NCBI GenBank assembly: GCA_041659785.1
Contig: JBAZXO010000002.1
Location: 1-53,478 of the forward strand
DNA length: 53,478 bases
Direction: 5' to 3'
From: Minisyncoccota bacterium
Lineage (GTDB): Bacteria; Patescibacteriota; Minisyncoccia; Phycocordibacterales; UBA9973
Shown: piece after piece, positions 9,159 to 19,220 of the stretch
Position numbering within the stretch: the stretch's first letter is position 1
How the letters are laid out: each line of letters begins with the position of its first letter
The notes under the pieces: model-generated
What the model was told of the DNA's origin: nothing
The model's database searches: none
What the model saw: only the letters and a program-made list of their open reading frames with translations
Made by a program: the position numbers and the translations under genes

Positions 9159-10151
9159 ATGCCAGAATTACCAGAAGTCGAAACTACAACGCGAGGCCTA
9201 AGAAAAGCAATTTTAGGCCTAACAATAAAAGACGTGTGGACGGATTTATCAACAAAAGATAAACGTCAAAAGGGGTCCATCGCCAATCCGAAGTTTTTTA
9301 CCATATTTAAAAAAGAAATTTTAAATAAAAAGGTTATATCAGTAGAAAGACGAGCAAAAAATATTTTAATAAATCTTTCCGGAAGCCCACGCCATGTCGG
9401 GGCAAGTAAAACCATACTGATACATTTAAAAATGACTGGGCATCTACTTTATGGAAAATATAAATTTACTCCCTCCCCAAGGCCAGACCTTAAGAATTCA
9501 AAAAGATCTGGCCTTATTAAGGGGTTTTGGACCCCTAATGAATCTGGCCCCCTTCATGACCCCTATAATAGATTTGTGCATGTGGTTTTTACTTTCTCAA
9601 ATAAAAAAAATTTAGCTTTCTCTGATGCTCGAAAATTCGGAAAGATAACTCTTCTTGACCCCGAAGGAAAGAGTACTTCCTACGGGGCAGGTACAAAAAC
9701 TGGCTACCTTGCTCACCTTGGGCCAGAACCACTTGATAGAAACTTTACCTTTGAAAAATTTAAGAAATGCCTGTCCGCCTCTTGGCGGAGGAAAATAAAA
9801 ACTATTTTAATAGACCAGAGCATCATTGCTGGTATTGGAAATATTTATTCTGATGAAATACTCTGGCGAGCTGGTGTACATCCAGAACGAAAAGTTCAAA
9901 AAATTAAAGAAAAAGAATTGAAACTGATATTCAAAGCAATAAAAGAAACATTAACAAAAGGCATAGATTTCGGAGGAGATTCAATGTCAGACTATCGTAA
10001 TATTCATGGTCTACCAGGTAAATTCCAAATACATCATGAAGCCTACAGGCGCACAGGGGAAAAATGCAGAAAACCAAACTGTAAAGGTATCATAAAAAGA
10101 AAAATAGTAAACGGCCGTAGCGCACACTTTTGCTCAGTACATCAGAAATAA
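9159..10151 (+). CDS. mutM: Formamidopyrimidine-DNA glycosylase
   Basis: MPELPEVET N-terminus (start moved to 9159), HLKMTG, DARKFG, AGIGNIYSDE, C-terminal zinc finger. Confidence 0.96.
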   Translation: MPELPEVETTTRGLRKAILGLTIKDVWTDLSTKDKRQKGSIANPKFFTIFKKEILNKKVISVERRAKNILINLSGSPRHVGASKTILIHLKMTGHLLYGKYKFTPSPRPDLKNSKRSGLIKGFWTPNESGPLHDPYNRFVHVVFTFSNKKNLAFSDARKFGKITLLDPEGKSTSYGAGTKTGYLAHLGPEPLDRNFTFEKFKKCLSASWRRKIKTILIDQSIIAGIGNIYSDEILWRAGVHPERKVQKIKEKELKLIFKAIKETLTKGIDFGGDSMSDYRNIHGLPGKFQIHHEAYRRTGEKCRKPNCKGIIKRKIVNGRSAHFCSVHQK

Positions 10152-10260
10152 AAAAGTGAAATATAAAATTTAGAAAGCCTTGCGCAGCCGGGTAGGCGAG
10201 CAGTTCGCTGGCAAAGCTTTGCCAGATAGATTGCTTTATAAATTTTGATATTTTATTTTT

Positions 10261-10734
10261 TTATAATTTACAAATCCTAAATAGAGCTATACCTAACGCA
10301 ACAGAGACATTCAGGGACTCTTTTTGGCCACGCATTGGTATTTCAGCGATGACATCACACTTTTTGAGATTTTCTTTAGAAATGCCAGCTACTTCTTCCC
10401 CCACAAGAAATGCATTTTTGTTTTTTGTTTTTACTTTTTTATAGTCAACTGACTTTTTATCTTGTTCTAAACCAATAATAAAAAAATTGTCCCGCCTTAA
10501 TCTGCGAAAAATGGCGGGCAAGCTTTTTTTAGATTCCCATAATACATATTCTTCTGCGCCTAATGCAGATTTTGCAAAATCCCCTCTCTTTCTGCCGAAA
10601 CGATCCAGCGGTGCTGGTGTGTAACCAGTCAAATAAATTTTATTTATGCCAGCCGCATCCGCAGTACGAAACATCGCGCCTACATTTTCTACGCTTCGTA
10701 TGTTATGAAGTATTAAAATATTTTCTTTTTTCAT
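10261..10734 (-). CDS. TrmH/SpoU family RNA methyltransferase
   Basis: HNIRSVENVGAMFRTADA; IPMRGQKESLNVSVA SPOUT knot. Confidence 0.9.
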   Translation of the reverse strand: MKKENILILHNIRSVENVGAMFRTADAAGINKIYLTGYTPAPLDRFGRKRGDFAKSALGAEEYVLWESKKSLPAIFRRLRRDNFFIIGLEQDKKSVDYKKVKTKNKNAFLVGEEVAGISKENLKKCDVIAEIPMRGQKESLNVSVALGIALFRICKL

Positions 10735-12014
10735 TATTTTAAAAAGTTTCTATTGCGCATGTTTTTATGATAAGCAATAGCGAATCTATGCGCCTCACTG
10801 TTTGCTAATAAAATCTCTCTCTCGTATTTTAAACCAAGATTCTTATCTCCCATAATAGCTTTTGGTTTATGTCGCTCGTCTTTTAATACTGAGACTATTG
10901 GAATATTAATTTTCAAACTAGATAAAACTTTCTTTGTGGCATTTATTTGAGCTATTCCACCATCCACAACTATCAAGCTCGGATAGGTCCATTCTGTATG
11001 CGCCAAACGCCTTTCTAAGACTTCTTTTAATGCTCCTGTGTCGTTTGCATCAATTTGTGTTCTTATTTTAAATTTTTTATATTCATTTTTTGCCACTTCT
11101 CCATCTTCTAAAACTACCATAACACCAACCATATTTTTTCCTCCCATGTGTGCTATGTCGTAGGCTTCAACTCTAAAAGCCTCACCTCTCGTAATTTTTT
11201 CGAGCGAGGAATTCTGCTTGGCAGTACGTAGTGAGAAAAAATTATGAGAGGTGGGGTTTTCTTTTATTAAAGCCACATCATTTATATGCTGTAAGGCAAA
11301 AATTTGTCTTTTAATTTCTCCCGCCTTTTCAAATTCACGCAATTTAGAATATGCATTCATTTCTTTCTTTAAATTTGCTAAAACTTTTTTCTTTTTGCCT
11401 TCAAAAAACAATTTAATGTTTTTAATATTTTGCAAATACAATTTTTTGTCATCTAAATCTGGCACTAAATTTATTTGTTTATAAAATTCAAGATAATTTT
11501 TACTTTTTTCGTCCAAGAACGGGAAAATTCTTCTTACTATTTTTAAAGCCTCTCGAAGTTGTGTTCCACTAGTATATGGTCCGTATATTTTGTTAAACAC
11601 CGAGTGTTTAACATTCCTACCTCTAACAACAATCACTTTCGGTAACTCATTTACGCCATGGCGTAAATATACTTTTGTAATACAAACATAGTTAAAACTC
11701 TTATCCGATTTTTCTTTAGTATTATATTTCGGCTGATATTTTTTAATTAAATTTGCCTCAAGTATCAAAGCTTCAAGTACGCTGTCGGTCTCCTGCCAAT
11801 CAATTCTATCCGCCTTGAAAACCATATCCACAAGAATTGGACCTCTCGTCTCTATTAGATCTTTACCAAAATAACTTTTTACTCTATCTTTGAGTGATGT
11901 AGCTTTACCAATATACAAAATTTCCCCGCCAGCGCGGGCAGGCTTTCCTTTTAAGAAAAAGTACACGCCGGGCTTGTCAGGAAGTTTTACTTTTTTTAAA
12001 GTTTCATTTTTCAT
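10734..12014 (-). CDS. uvrC: Excinuclease ABC subunit C (short form)
   Basis: PGVY..YIGKA GIY-YIG; PKYN; VEAYDIAH and LIVVDGG RNase-H-like domain; ends without HhH motifs. Confidence 0.9.
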   Translation of the reverse strand: MKNETLKKVKLPDKPGVYFFLKGKPARAGGEILYIGKATSLKDRVKSYFGKDLIETRGPILVDMVFKADRIDWQETDSVLEALILEANLIKKYQPKYNTKEKSDKSFNYVCITKVYLRHGVNELPKVIVVRGRNVKHSVFNKIYGPYTSGTQLREALKIVRRIFPFLDEKSKNYLEFYKQINLVPDLDDKKLYLQNIKNIKLFFEGKKKKVLANLKKEMNAYSKLREFEKAGEIKRQIFALQHINDVALIKENPTSHNFFSLRTAKQNSSLEKITRGEAFRVEAYDIAHMGGKNMVGVMVVLEDGEVAKNEYKKFKIRTQIDANDTGALKEVLERRLAHTEWTYPSLIVVDGGIAQINATKKVLSSLKINIPIVSVLKDERHKPKAIMGDKNLGLKYEREILLANSEAHRFAIAYHKNMRNRNFLK

Positions 12015-12075
12015 ATTTTTCTATTTACTCCAACCCCCGAACGAAAGCCTTCGGCTTCATACGGGGCATGCTTTT

Positions 12076-14838
12076 TTATTTTCGTAGTACTTTCTTCAAA
12101 TATCTACCAGTGTACGATTTGTTATTATTAGCTACATCCTCTGGAGTACCTTTAGCTACTATATTACCACCATTTACTCCTCCTTCAGGACCAATATCGA
12201 TGATATAATCTGAACTTTTTACGATATCTAAATTGTGTTCAATAAGTACAACAGTGTTACCCTTAGAAACTAATTTATTTAAAACTTCTAGAAGTTTATG
12301 AACATCATCATAATGCAGACCAACAGTTGGTTCATCTAAAAGGTAAATAGTTTTTTCTAAATGTGGACGATAAAGCTCACTGGATATTTTTACTCGTTGT
12401 GCTTCTCCGCCTGATAAAGTCGTCGCTGACTGCCCTAACTCCAAATATCCTAAACCTACGTCCATAAGAGTTTGCAACCTGTCAGAAATAGCAGGAATAT
12501 CTTTAAAAAAGACTAATCCATTTTCTACGGTCATATGAAGCACTTCATAAATATTTTTTTTCTTATATTTTACGGTGAGTGTTTCTTTATTAAAACGTTT
12601 TCCATTACAAACATCACAAGTAACATAGACGGTGGGCAAGAAATGCATTTCCACGGCTATTTCCCCATTTCCTTCACAAGCTTCACAGCGTCCACCCTTT
12701 ACATTGAAAGAAAAACGATTAGATTTCCACGCCCGGAGCCGTGCTTCTTCGGTCGCTGCGAAAATGTCTCGAATATGAGTAAATGCGCCAGTATAAGTAG
12801 CAACATTAGAGCGTGGAGTTCTGCCGATTGGTGACTGATCAATTAAAATAGCCCGTGATAAATATTCAGTTCCAGAAAATGAAGAGCAATTAAAAACTTT
12901 AGCTGTACGATATTTTCTTTCGTAACGAGCCTGAAGATTTTTATAAAGAATCTCATACATAAAAGAACTTTTTCCAGAACCAGACACTCCGGTGATAGAT
13001 GTCATCACACCGAGGGGTATTTCCACATTTAAATTATTTATATTAAAAATATTTCCACCCGCAATACGCAAGGCTCCCTTCCCCTGTCGTCTCTTTTTAG
13101 GAATTTCTATTTTTGTTTCTTCTCTTAAATAAGAAAGGGTTCGTGAATTATTGGTATTCTTCTTTGCAGTTAATAAATCATCAAGATAACCAGAGACGAT
13201 AACCTCCCCGCCGTGTACTCCAGCTTTATGTCCAATATCTACAATATAGTCTGACGCATAAATAGTGTCTTCGTCGTGTTCTACAATTAAAATAGTATTT
13301 CCTAAATCACGAAGGTTTTGCAAGGTTTTTATAAGTCTATCGTTATCTCGCTGATGGAGCCCTATTGTTGGTTCATCGAGCACATAGAGTGCCCCCACGA
13401 GTCTAGAACCGAGCTGAGAAGCTAAGCGAATACGTTGTGCTTCCCCACCAGAGAGAGTGTTCGCTTTACGTGAAAGCTGAAGGTAATCCAAACCCACATC
13501 GAGCATAAATTGAAGGCGAGCCTCAATCTCCCGTACGACGGGTACAGATATTTCACGTTCTTGTTCTGTAAGTTTAAGATTTTTGAAAAAATCATGCGCA
13601 TCTTTTATGGAAAGTGAAGCAAGGTCTAAAATATTTACTCTACTTTTTTTAAGCTTATTTTTTTCTTTTCCTTTTTCTACTGCAACCTCTGCCTCTAAGA
13701 AAACATTTAAGGCCTCAGGACGCAAGCGCGCGCCATGGCAAGTATCACATGGTTCATCTCCCATAAAATACTTTGAACCAAGACCGTTACAAGTAGGGCA
13801 TGCCCCATAAGGAGAATTGAAAGAAAATAATCTTGGCTCGACTTCTGGAAAAGAAAAGCCGTCATTCTTGCAAGCAAATTTTGATGACATAATAAATTCA
13901 TCATCAGCAATTTTAATAGTTACTAGTCCATCAGATTCAAGAAGTGCACGCTCTAAGGCCTCAGAAAGTCTCATACGGCTCGTCTCAATATCATCTTTAA
14001 ACTCATGGAGGGCATATTGGTCTACTAAAATATCTATATTGTGGGCTTTATTTTTTGAAAGAGTAATTTGCTCTCGCAATTTCTTCATTGTGCCATCAAG
14101 GCGAATTTCAGCAAAACCTTTCCCAAGTAAGTCATAAAGAAGTTGATAATATTCCCCTTTTCGCCCACGAACAACTGGAGAAAAAATACTAATTTCTGTT
14201 TCATCCCACTCAACTCCCATAATTTTTCGTTTACCTTTCTCGAGATTTAAAGAAGAAGAATTCTGCAGCCCGTCGTAGGGCAAGGAATTTTTCTTCTTTA
14301 GGTCTCCACCCTGAGAAGTTAATTTCTTTGTCCTACTACGGCCGTCAGAAATCAACTTCTCATGGTCTCGCATTTTTTCCAAAACAAAATTTAAAATTTC
14401 TTCATTAGAAAGTTTTTTAATTTCTTCTCCACAAATAGGACAGTGTGGGTGCCCAATACGCGCATACATAACACGCAGATAATCATAAATTTCTGTTATC
14501 GTCGCTACTGTAGAGCGAGGATTATTAGAGCGAGATTTTTGATCAATAGATATCGCTGGAGAAAGTCCTGTAATCTCATCCACGTCTGGCTTGGGCATTT
14601 GATTTAAAAATTGTCGCGCATAAGAAGAGAGAGATTCCACATATCTTCTTTGTCCTTCGGCAAAGATAGTGTCGAAGGCAAGAGAGGATTTCCCAGATCC
14701 GGAAACACCAGTAATAACCACCATCTTATTGCGTGGCATTTCTACGTCTATATTCTTTAAGTTATGGGTCCGTGCCCCTTTTACTATTATTTTACTTGCC
14801 CCGCCTTGGCGTGGGTCTACATTTTTCTCTGTTTTCAT
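12076..14838 (-). CDS. uvrA: Excinuclease ABC subunit A
   Basis: [20 protein letters not shown], two LSGGEAQR signatures, Zn modules; start moved to ATG 14838. Confidence 0.97.
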   Translation of the reverse strand: MKTEKNVDPRQGGASKIIVKGARTHNLKNIDVEMPRNKMVVITGVSGSGKSSLAFDTIFAEGQRRYVESLSSYARQFLNQMPKPDVDEITGLSPAISIDQKSRSNNPRSTVATITEIYDYLRVMYARIGHPHCPICGEEIKKLSNEEILNFVLEKMRDHEKLISDGRSRTKKLTSQGGDLKKKNSLPYDGLQNSSSLNLEKGKRKIMGVEWDETEISIFSPVVRGRKGEYYQLLYDLLGKGFAEIRLDGTMKKLREQITLSKNKAHNIDILVDQYALHEFKDDIETSRMRLSEALERALLESDGLVTIKIADDEFIMSSKFACKNDGFSFPEVEPRLFSFNSPYGACPTCNGLGSKYFMGDEPCDTCHGARLRPEALNVFLEAEVAVEKGKEKNKLKKSRVNILDLASLSIKDAHDFFKNLKLTEQEREISVPVVREIEARLQFMLDVGLDYLQLSRKANTLSGGEAQRIRLASQLGSRLVGALYVLDEPTIGLHQRDNDRLIKTLQNLRDLGNTILIVEHDEDTIYASDYIVDIGHKAGVHGGEVIVSGYLDDLLTAKKNTNNSRTLSYLREETKIEIPKKRRQGKGALRIAGGNIFNINNLNVEIPLGVMTSITGVSGSGKSSFMYEILYKNLQARYERKYRTAKVFNCSSFSGTEYLSRAILIDQSPIGRTPRSNVATYTGAFTHIRDIFAATEEARLRAWKSNRFSFNVKGGRCEACEGNGEIAVEMHFLPTVYVTCDVCNGKRFNKETLTVKYKKKNIYEVLHMTVENGLVFFKDIPAISDRLQTLMDVGLGYLELGQSATTLSGGEAQRVKISSELYRPHLEKTIYLLDEPTVGLHYDDVHKLLEVLNKLVSKGNTVVLIEHNLDIVKSSDYIIDIGPEGGVNGGNIVAKGTPEDVANNNKSYTGRYLKKVLRK

Positions 14839-14969
14839 AAAAATTAAGCTATATAACACAACTACACCCCGCCATGTTCCTAGGGGGTGTCTATCTATAT
14901 TCAACTACCAATACTATACCACAAAAACTCTCAAAAGTCTGGTTTGCGTTAGGTCTTGCCTAACGCAGT

Positions 14970-17216
14970 TTATTTCTTTTCTGATCGAGTTCGTAATACT
15001 CCAATCTCATCTCGCAGGATTGCTGCAGTTTCAAAATCCAATTCTTTTACCGCTTTATTCATCTCTTTCTCTTTCATTTTTATTATTTTTTCATAAATAA
15101 GGTTTCCTATTTCTTCATCAGAAAGATATGATTGTCCTAAACTTGTATTTGGTATTTTATTTTTATTTTTTCTTTCTTTTTTAAACTCTTTCGAGTAAGC
15201 ACGTTTGAATACCTCTAAATCAAGACCAAGCTCTACATTTACAACTTTTCCGTGTTCACTCTCCATTTCTTCCGTAATGTCTTTTATTTTTTTCATTATT
15301 GTTTTGGGAGTAATGCCATGTTTTTTATTGTAAGCAAGCTGAATATTTCTACGACGTTCTGTTTCTTTTAACGCATAATCCATAGCGTCAGTCATGATGT
15401 CTGCATAAAGAATTACTTTACCTTCACTATTACGGGCTGCACGACCGATAGTTTGGATTAAGGACGTTTCTGACCGTAAGAATCCTGCTTTATCAGCATC
15501 GAGAATCCCAATCAGCGCCACTTCAGGCAAATCGAGTCCCTCGCGAAGCAAATTAACACCAACCAAAACATCAAACTCTCCTTTTCGAAACTGAGTGAGG
15601 ATTTTAATTCTTTCTATCGTCTTTATATCGCTATGTAAATATTCGGCTTTTATTTTTTTGCCCTCCTTGGCGGTTAAATCTTTTAAATAAACAGAGAGGT
15701 CTTCTGCCATCTTTTTTGTTAAAGTTGTAGCCAAAACCCTAAAACCTTTGGCAATTGTTTTTTCCGTTTCAGAGATAAAATCTTGAATCTGGCCTGGATA
15801 AGGCAAGTGGGCAAACTTTTGTGAATGGTGACGTTGCGAAGCAGGATCCTGAGCAAAAGATTGGTCACTTGCCTTATTAGCACTCACAGGTCGCACAATT
15901 GTCTCTGGATCAACGAGCCCTGTCGGACGAATGATTTGCTCTACTATTTGCTCACTTTGACTTCGTTCCTGCTCACTAGGAGTCGCACTCGTATAAATAA
16001 CGGGGCCAATACGCTCACTGAATTCTGCATATTTAAGAGGCCTATTATCTTTAGCCGAAGGTAAGCGAAAACCATATTCCACAAGCGTATTTTTGCGTGA
16101 AGCATCTCCTGCATACATTCCGTTTAATTGAGGCAAGGTCACATGTGATTCATCAATAATTGTAAGAAAATCTGGCTCACCTTTTTTATTGCGCGGAAAA
16201 TAAGAAAGAAGTGTCTCTGGGGGTTCTCCTTCTTTTTTACCAGACAAATGTCGAGAATAGTTTTCTATACCATTACAATAACCAACCTCTTTTATCATAG
16301 CTAAATCATAATTCGTTCTTCTTTTTATTCTTTCTGCCTCTAAAAGCTTCCCCATTTTTTCAAATTTCTTTAATTGTATATTTAATTCTTTTTTGATCTC
16401 AACCAGCGCTTTCTTTTTCTTTACATCTTCGGTAATAAAATGTTTAGCTGGGAAAATAAAAATATTATCCTCTTCTTTAATTATTCGAGAAGAAACTGGG
16501 TCAATTTTTGTTATTTTTACTAAGGTCGGACCTTCGTTTTTACGAAAGTCGGACCTTTTTTCTTCAAATTCTATTTGATATACAACTGTTTCTGAAACTG
16601 GCATAAATTCTACCCTTGAACCAATAAACCTAAACTGTCCAGGATTCAAATCTGCATTGGTGCGTTCAAAATGAATACCAATTAATCTTTTCATTAAACT
16701 CATACGATCCAATTTCATTCCTAACTCAAGTTTTAAATTTACTTTTTCATATTCTTCTGGAGAGCCTAAACCATAAATACAAGAAACAGAAGCAACGATA
16801 ATAACATCTCTTCTCGTTAGAAGCGCCTGGGTGGAGGCATGACGAAGCATATCTATCTCTTTATTTATAGAAGCATCTTTTTCTATATAAGTATCGGAAG
16901 CAGGCATATAGGCCTCTGGCTGATAATAATCATAATAAGAAACAAAATAGTGTACCGCAGATTCTGGAAAAAATTGTTTAAATTCTTGGGCGAGTTGCGC
17001 GGCCAATGTTTTATTATGCGCAATTACAAGTGTTGGTTTATTATACTGTGTAATCACATTCGCCATTGTAAAAGTCTTCCCTGTGCCAGTAGCTCCAAGC
17101 AAGGTCTGCTTCTTCATACCTTTTTCAAGCCCACCCACAAGCTCAGAAATAGCCACCGGCTGATCTCCAGCAGGCTCGAAAGGATTATGTAATTTAAAAA
17201 TACTTTTTTCCAACAT
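14970..17216 (-). CDS. uvrB: Excinuclease ABC subunit B
   Basis: PAGDQP, GATGTGKT, YYDYYQPEAY beta-hairpin, DESH, GRAARN, C-terminal UVR motif. Confidence 0.97.
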   Translation of the reverse strand: MLEKSIFKLHNPFEPAGDQPVAISELVGGLEKGMKKQTLLGATGTGKTFTMANVITQYNKPTLVIAHNKTLAAQLAQEFKQFFPESAVHYFVSYYDYYQPEAYMPASDTYIEKDASINKEIDMLRHASTQALLTRRDVIIVASVSCIYGLGSPEEYEKVNLKLELGMKLDRMSLMKRLIGIHFERTNADLNPGQFRFIGSRVEFMPVSETVVYQIEFEEKRSDFRKNEGPTLVKITKIDPVSSRIIKEEDNIFIFPAKHFITEDVKKKKALVEIKKELNIQLKKFEKMGKLLEAERIKRRTNYDLAMIKEVGYCNGIENYSRHLSGKKEGEPPETLLSYFPRNKKGEPDFLTIIDESHVTLPQLNGMYAGDASRKNTLVEYGFRLPSAKDNRPLKYAEFSERIGPVIYTSATPSEQERSQSEQIVEQIIRPTGLVDPETIVRPVSANKASDQSFAQDPASQRHHSQKFAHLPYPGQIQDFISETEKTIAKGFRVLATTLTKKMAEDLSVYLKDLTAKEGKKIKAEYLHSDIKTIERIKILTQFRKGEFDVLVGVNLLREGLDLPEVALIGILDADKAGFLRSETSLIQTIGRAARNSEGKVILYADIMTDAMDYALKETERRRNIQLAYNKKHGITPKTIMKKIKDITEEMESEHGKVVNVELGLDLEVFKRAYSKEFKKERKNKNKIPNTSLGQSYLSDEEIGNLIYEKIIKMKEKEMNKAVKELDFETAAILRDEIGVLRTRSEKK

Positions 17217-17439
17217 AAACACTCTTTTATAATTATTTATTTTCTGTTAAATAACCATAATCAGTATTATCATATGCTTTTATTACAATAAAATAAGCTA
17301 AAGCAGAACTTACTATTGTAAAGATAAGAAAATATACTAATGTTACTCTAAGGTCTCGCATGCTTATACTCTAGCATTTTTCTTGATTTTTCACCTTATT
17401 TACTATATATTTAAATAGTTTTCTGTTATAAAAATACAT

Positions 17440-17512
17440 GCGCCCGTAGCTCAGCTGGTAGAGCAGATCCCTTTTAAGGATAAGGTCCTCGGTTCGATCC
17501 CGAGCGGGCGCA
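17440..17512 (+). tRNA. tRNA-Lys (anticodon UUU)
   Basis: Acceptor GCGCCCG/CGGGCGC, D arm GCTC/GAGC, anticodon loop CT-TTT-AA, T arm CTCGG-TTCGATC-CCGAG; CCA not encoded. Confidence 0.95.
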
Positions 17513-17522
17513 CAGCGTAAAG

Positions 17523-17548
17523 AAAAATCTGCACTACTGCAGATTTTT
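17523..17548 (+). terminator. Terminator-like hairpin after tRNA-Lys
   Basis: AAAAATCTGCA-ctac-TGCAGATTTTT. Confidence 0.65.
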
Positions 17549-17769
17549 TAGCTGTGCGGACCGCAGTGCTGTTTTCTGAGCACAGAAAACCACGAGGGGC
17601 GGGCTGCGAAAATTTCGAGCGACGGCGAGAAATTATTTGTAGCCACAAGAAAATTATGCCTGACCACAAAGTGCGAGCCGGAATCATATTTTTTCAGTAG
17701 AAAAAATAGATGAGGCAGGGTCGTGAAAATTTTGTTTTGACGAAAACAAAATTATTCCTGACCACAGCG

Positions 17770-18057
17770 TTAATATATTATTTTAAAATCAGAAAAGTTT
17801 TTTGTTGTTTCGCTAAATTTTGTATCAATATTATCTACTTTAAAATTTATTCTTGTGAGAAGTGGACCTTTAAACATTAATTCTAAAAATTTTTTGAGAT
17901 TCTCTTCTTCTCCTATAGCCACAACCTCCACAGAACCATCTGTTTTATTCTCTACTGTACCTACAATACCTAAACCCTGTGCTTTTCTTTGAACAAAATC
18001 ACGAAACATAACTCCCTGAACTTTGCCATTAATTTTACAAAATAATTCCATTTTCAT
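17770..18057 (-). CDS. acyP: Acylphosphatase
   Basis: GKVQGVMFR and GTVENKTDGSVEVVA motifs; exact start uncertain (18057 or 18051). Confidence 0.92.
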   Translation of the reverse strand: MKMELFCKINGKVQGVMFRDFVQRKAQGLGIVGTVENKTDGSVEVVAIGEEENLKKFLELMFKGPLLTRINFKVDNIDTKFSETTKNFSDFKIIY

Positions 18058-18062
18058 AATAA

Positions 18063-18710
18063 TCAAAAAGCTTCTAGAAGAAACTGTTCAAAAGCAGCCT
18101 CTGCATTAAGGCCGTTTTTTCGAGCTTCTGGTAAAAGACAAGGAATACGAGAAACGAAAATCTTAAGTTGTTCTTCTTTAAATTTACTAAAATTCTTTTT
18201 TAAAAGCATATCTTTAATTTTCCAGAAAAGAACACCCACAAGCTCCTCCATTCCTACACCCACATCTACAGCTTGTCGGAAATAAATCCAAGTATTTAAT
18301 TTATCTTTATTAGCAAAAGCATTAGCTACCAAAAAGTTATCAAACTTCTCTTTTTTTTCTTTAGGTAATTCAAAAACATTAAGTTCTGCCCGTGCTTTTT
18401 TAAAAGCATCCAGTATAGGTTTATTTAATTTACTCTCTAAAAATATAAATGTATTACTAGACTCTCCCATTTGGGCCAATCTTTCTAGAAGAAAATCTCT
18501 CTTTTCCTCATATTCAAAAATATTTAAAAAAACTATTGCAGACAAAGCTGAAAATAGACTAGCTCCAGAATAAAAACTTTCAATTTGAACAGGGTTGAAA
18601 TCGTTTCTATTTATAAAAAAAGTTTCTGTACCGACAGGAATGGATTTTATGAATTTTTCATAATTTAAAATTTTATTTTTAGAATCATCACCAGAGAAAA
18701 GATACAGCAT
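18063..18710 (-). CDS. holA: DNA polymerase III delta-subunit-like protein (short HolA)
   Basis: MLYLFSGDD N-terminus, SLFS motif, C-terminal helical collar-like region; only 215 aa. Confidence 0.6.
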   Translation of the reverse strand: MLYLFSGDDSKNKILNYEKFIKSIPVGTETFFINRNDFNPVQIESFYSGASLFSALSAIVFLNIFEYEEKRDFLLERLAQMGESSNTFIFLESKLNKPILDAFKKARAELNVFELPKEKKEKFDNFLVANAFANKDKLNTWIYFRQAVDVGVGMEELVGVLFWKIKDMLLKKNFSKFKEEQLKIFVSRIPCLLPEARKNGLNAEAAFEQFLLEAF

Positions 18711-18726
18711 AAATATTCAATGATAA

Positions 18727-19197
18727 TTAAAATTTAACCTTCTCTTTATACTCAAGGTAAGGGGTGCCGTATTTTATAGCTAACATCTTTTCTTGTTTAT
18801 TTAAAAATACAAACTTTGCAAGGAAGAAGGACACGAAAGCAGATAAAACCACAAAAAAAGCATTAATTATTAAACCAAAACCTAAAACTAGGAAAAAAAG
18901 ACCAAAATTAGTAGGAGTCCTGGTGTAACAATATGGGCCACGGCAAAAAGTTTCTTTAGTTATATTGTCTTTGTCCAATTTTTGTGAAGTTTTTTGTGCC
19001 CAAAAAACTAAAAACGTACCAAATACTAAAAAGAAAAAGCCGACAGACATGCTTATAGGATCATTAAAAAATTTAAAATTAAAAACAAGATCCAAAACAA
19101 CTCCAACTAAAAACAAAATAAAATGGAGAGAGTAAGAATGGGCTAAAACCTTATGTATAGCATGTTGGGGAAAGCTGTTTTTATCATTATTTTCCAT
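18727..19197 (-). CDS. Isoprenylcysteine/phospholipid methyltransferase family membrane protein
   Basis: Four TM segments; GPYCYTRTP and E..L..KYG..YLEYK motifs. Confidence 0.8.
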   Translation of the reverse strand: MENNDKNSFPQHAIHKVLAHSYSLHFILFLVGVVLDLVFNFKFFNDPISMSVGFFFLVFGTFLVFWAQKTSQKLDKDNITKETFCRGPYCYTRTPTNFGLFFLVLGFGLIINAFFVVLSAFVSFFLAKFVFLNKQEKMLAIKYGTPYLEYKEKVKF

Positions 19198-19220
19198 ACC
19201 TTTATTCTATCACAAATTTA

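Noticed and set aside
10208-10225. Perfect 18-bp palindrome CTGGCAAAGCTTTGCCAG between mutM and trmH
   Set aside because: Single copy between convergent genes; best explained as part of a terminator or repeat remnant.
16522-16557. AAGGTCGGACCTT-like doublet in uvrB as an operator
   Set aside because: Deep inside the CDS; more likely another small palindromic insert (KRSDFRKNEGPTL) than a regulatory site.
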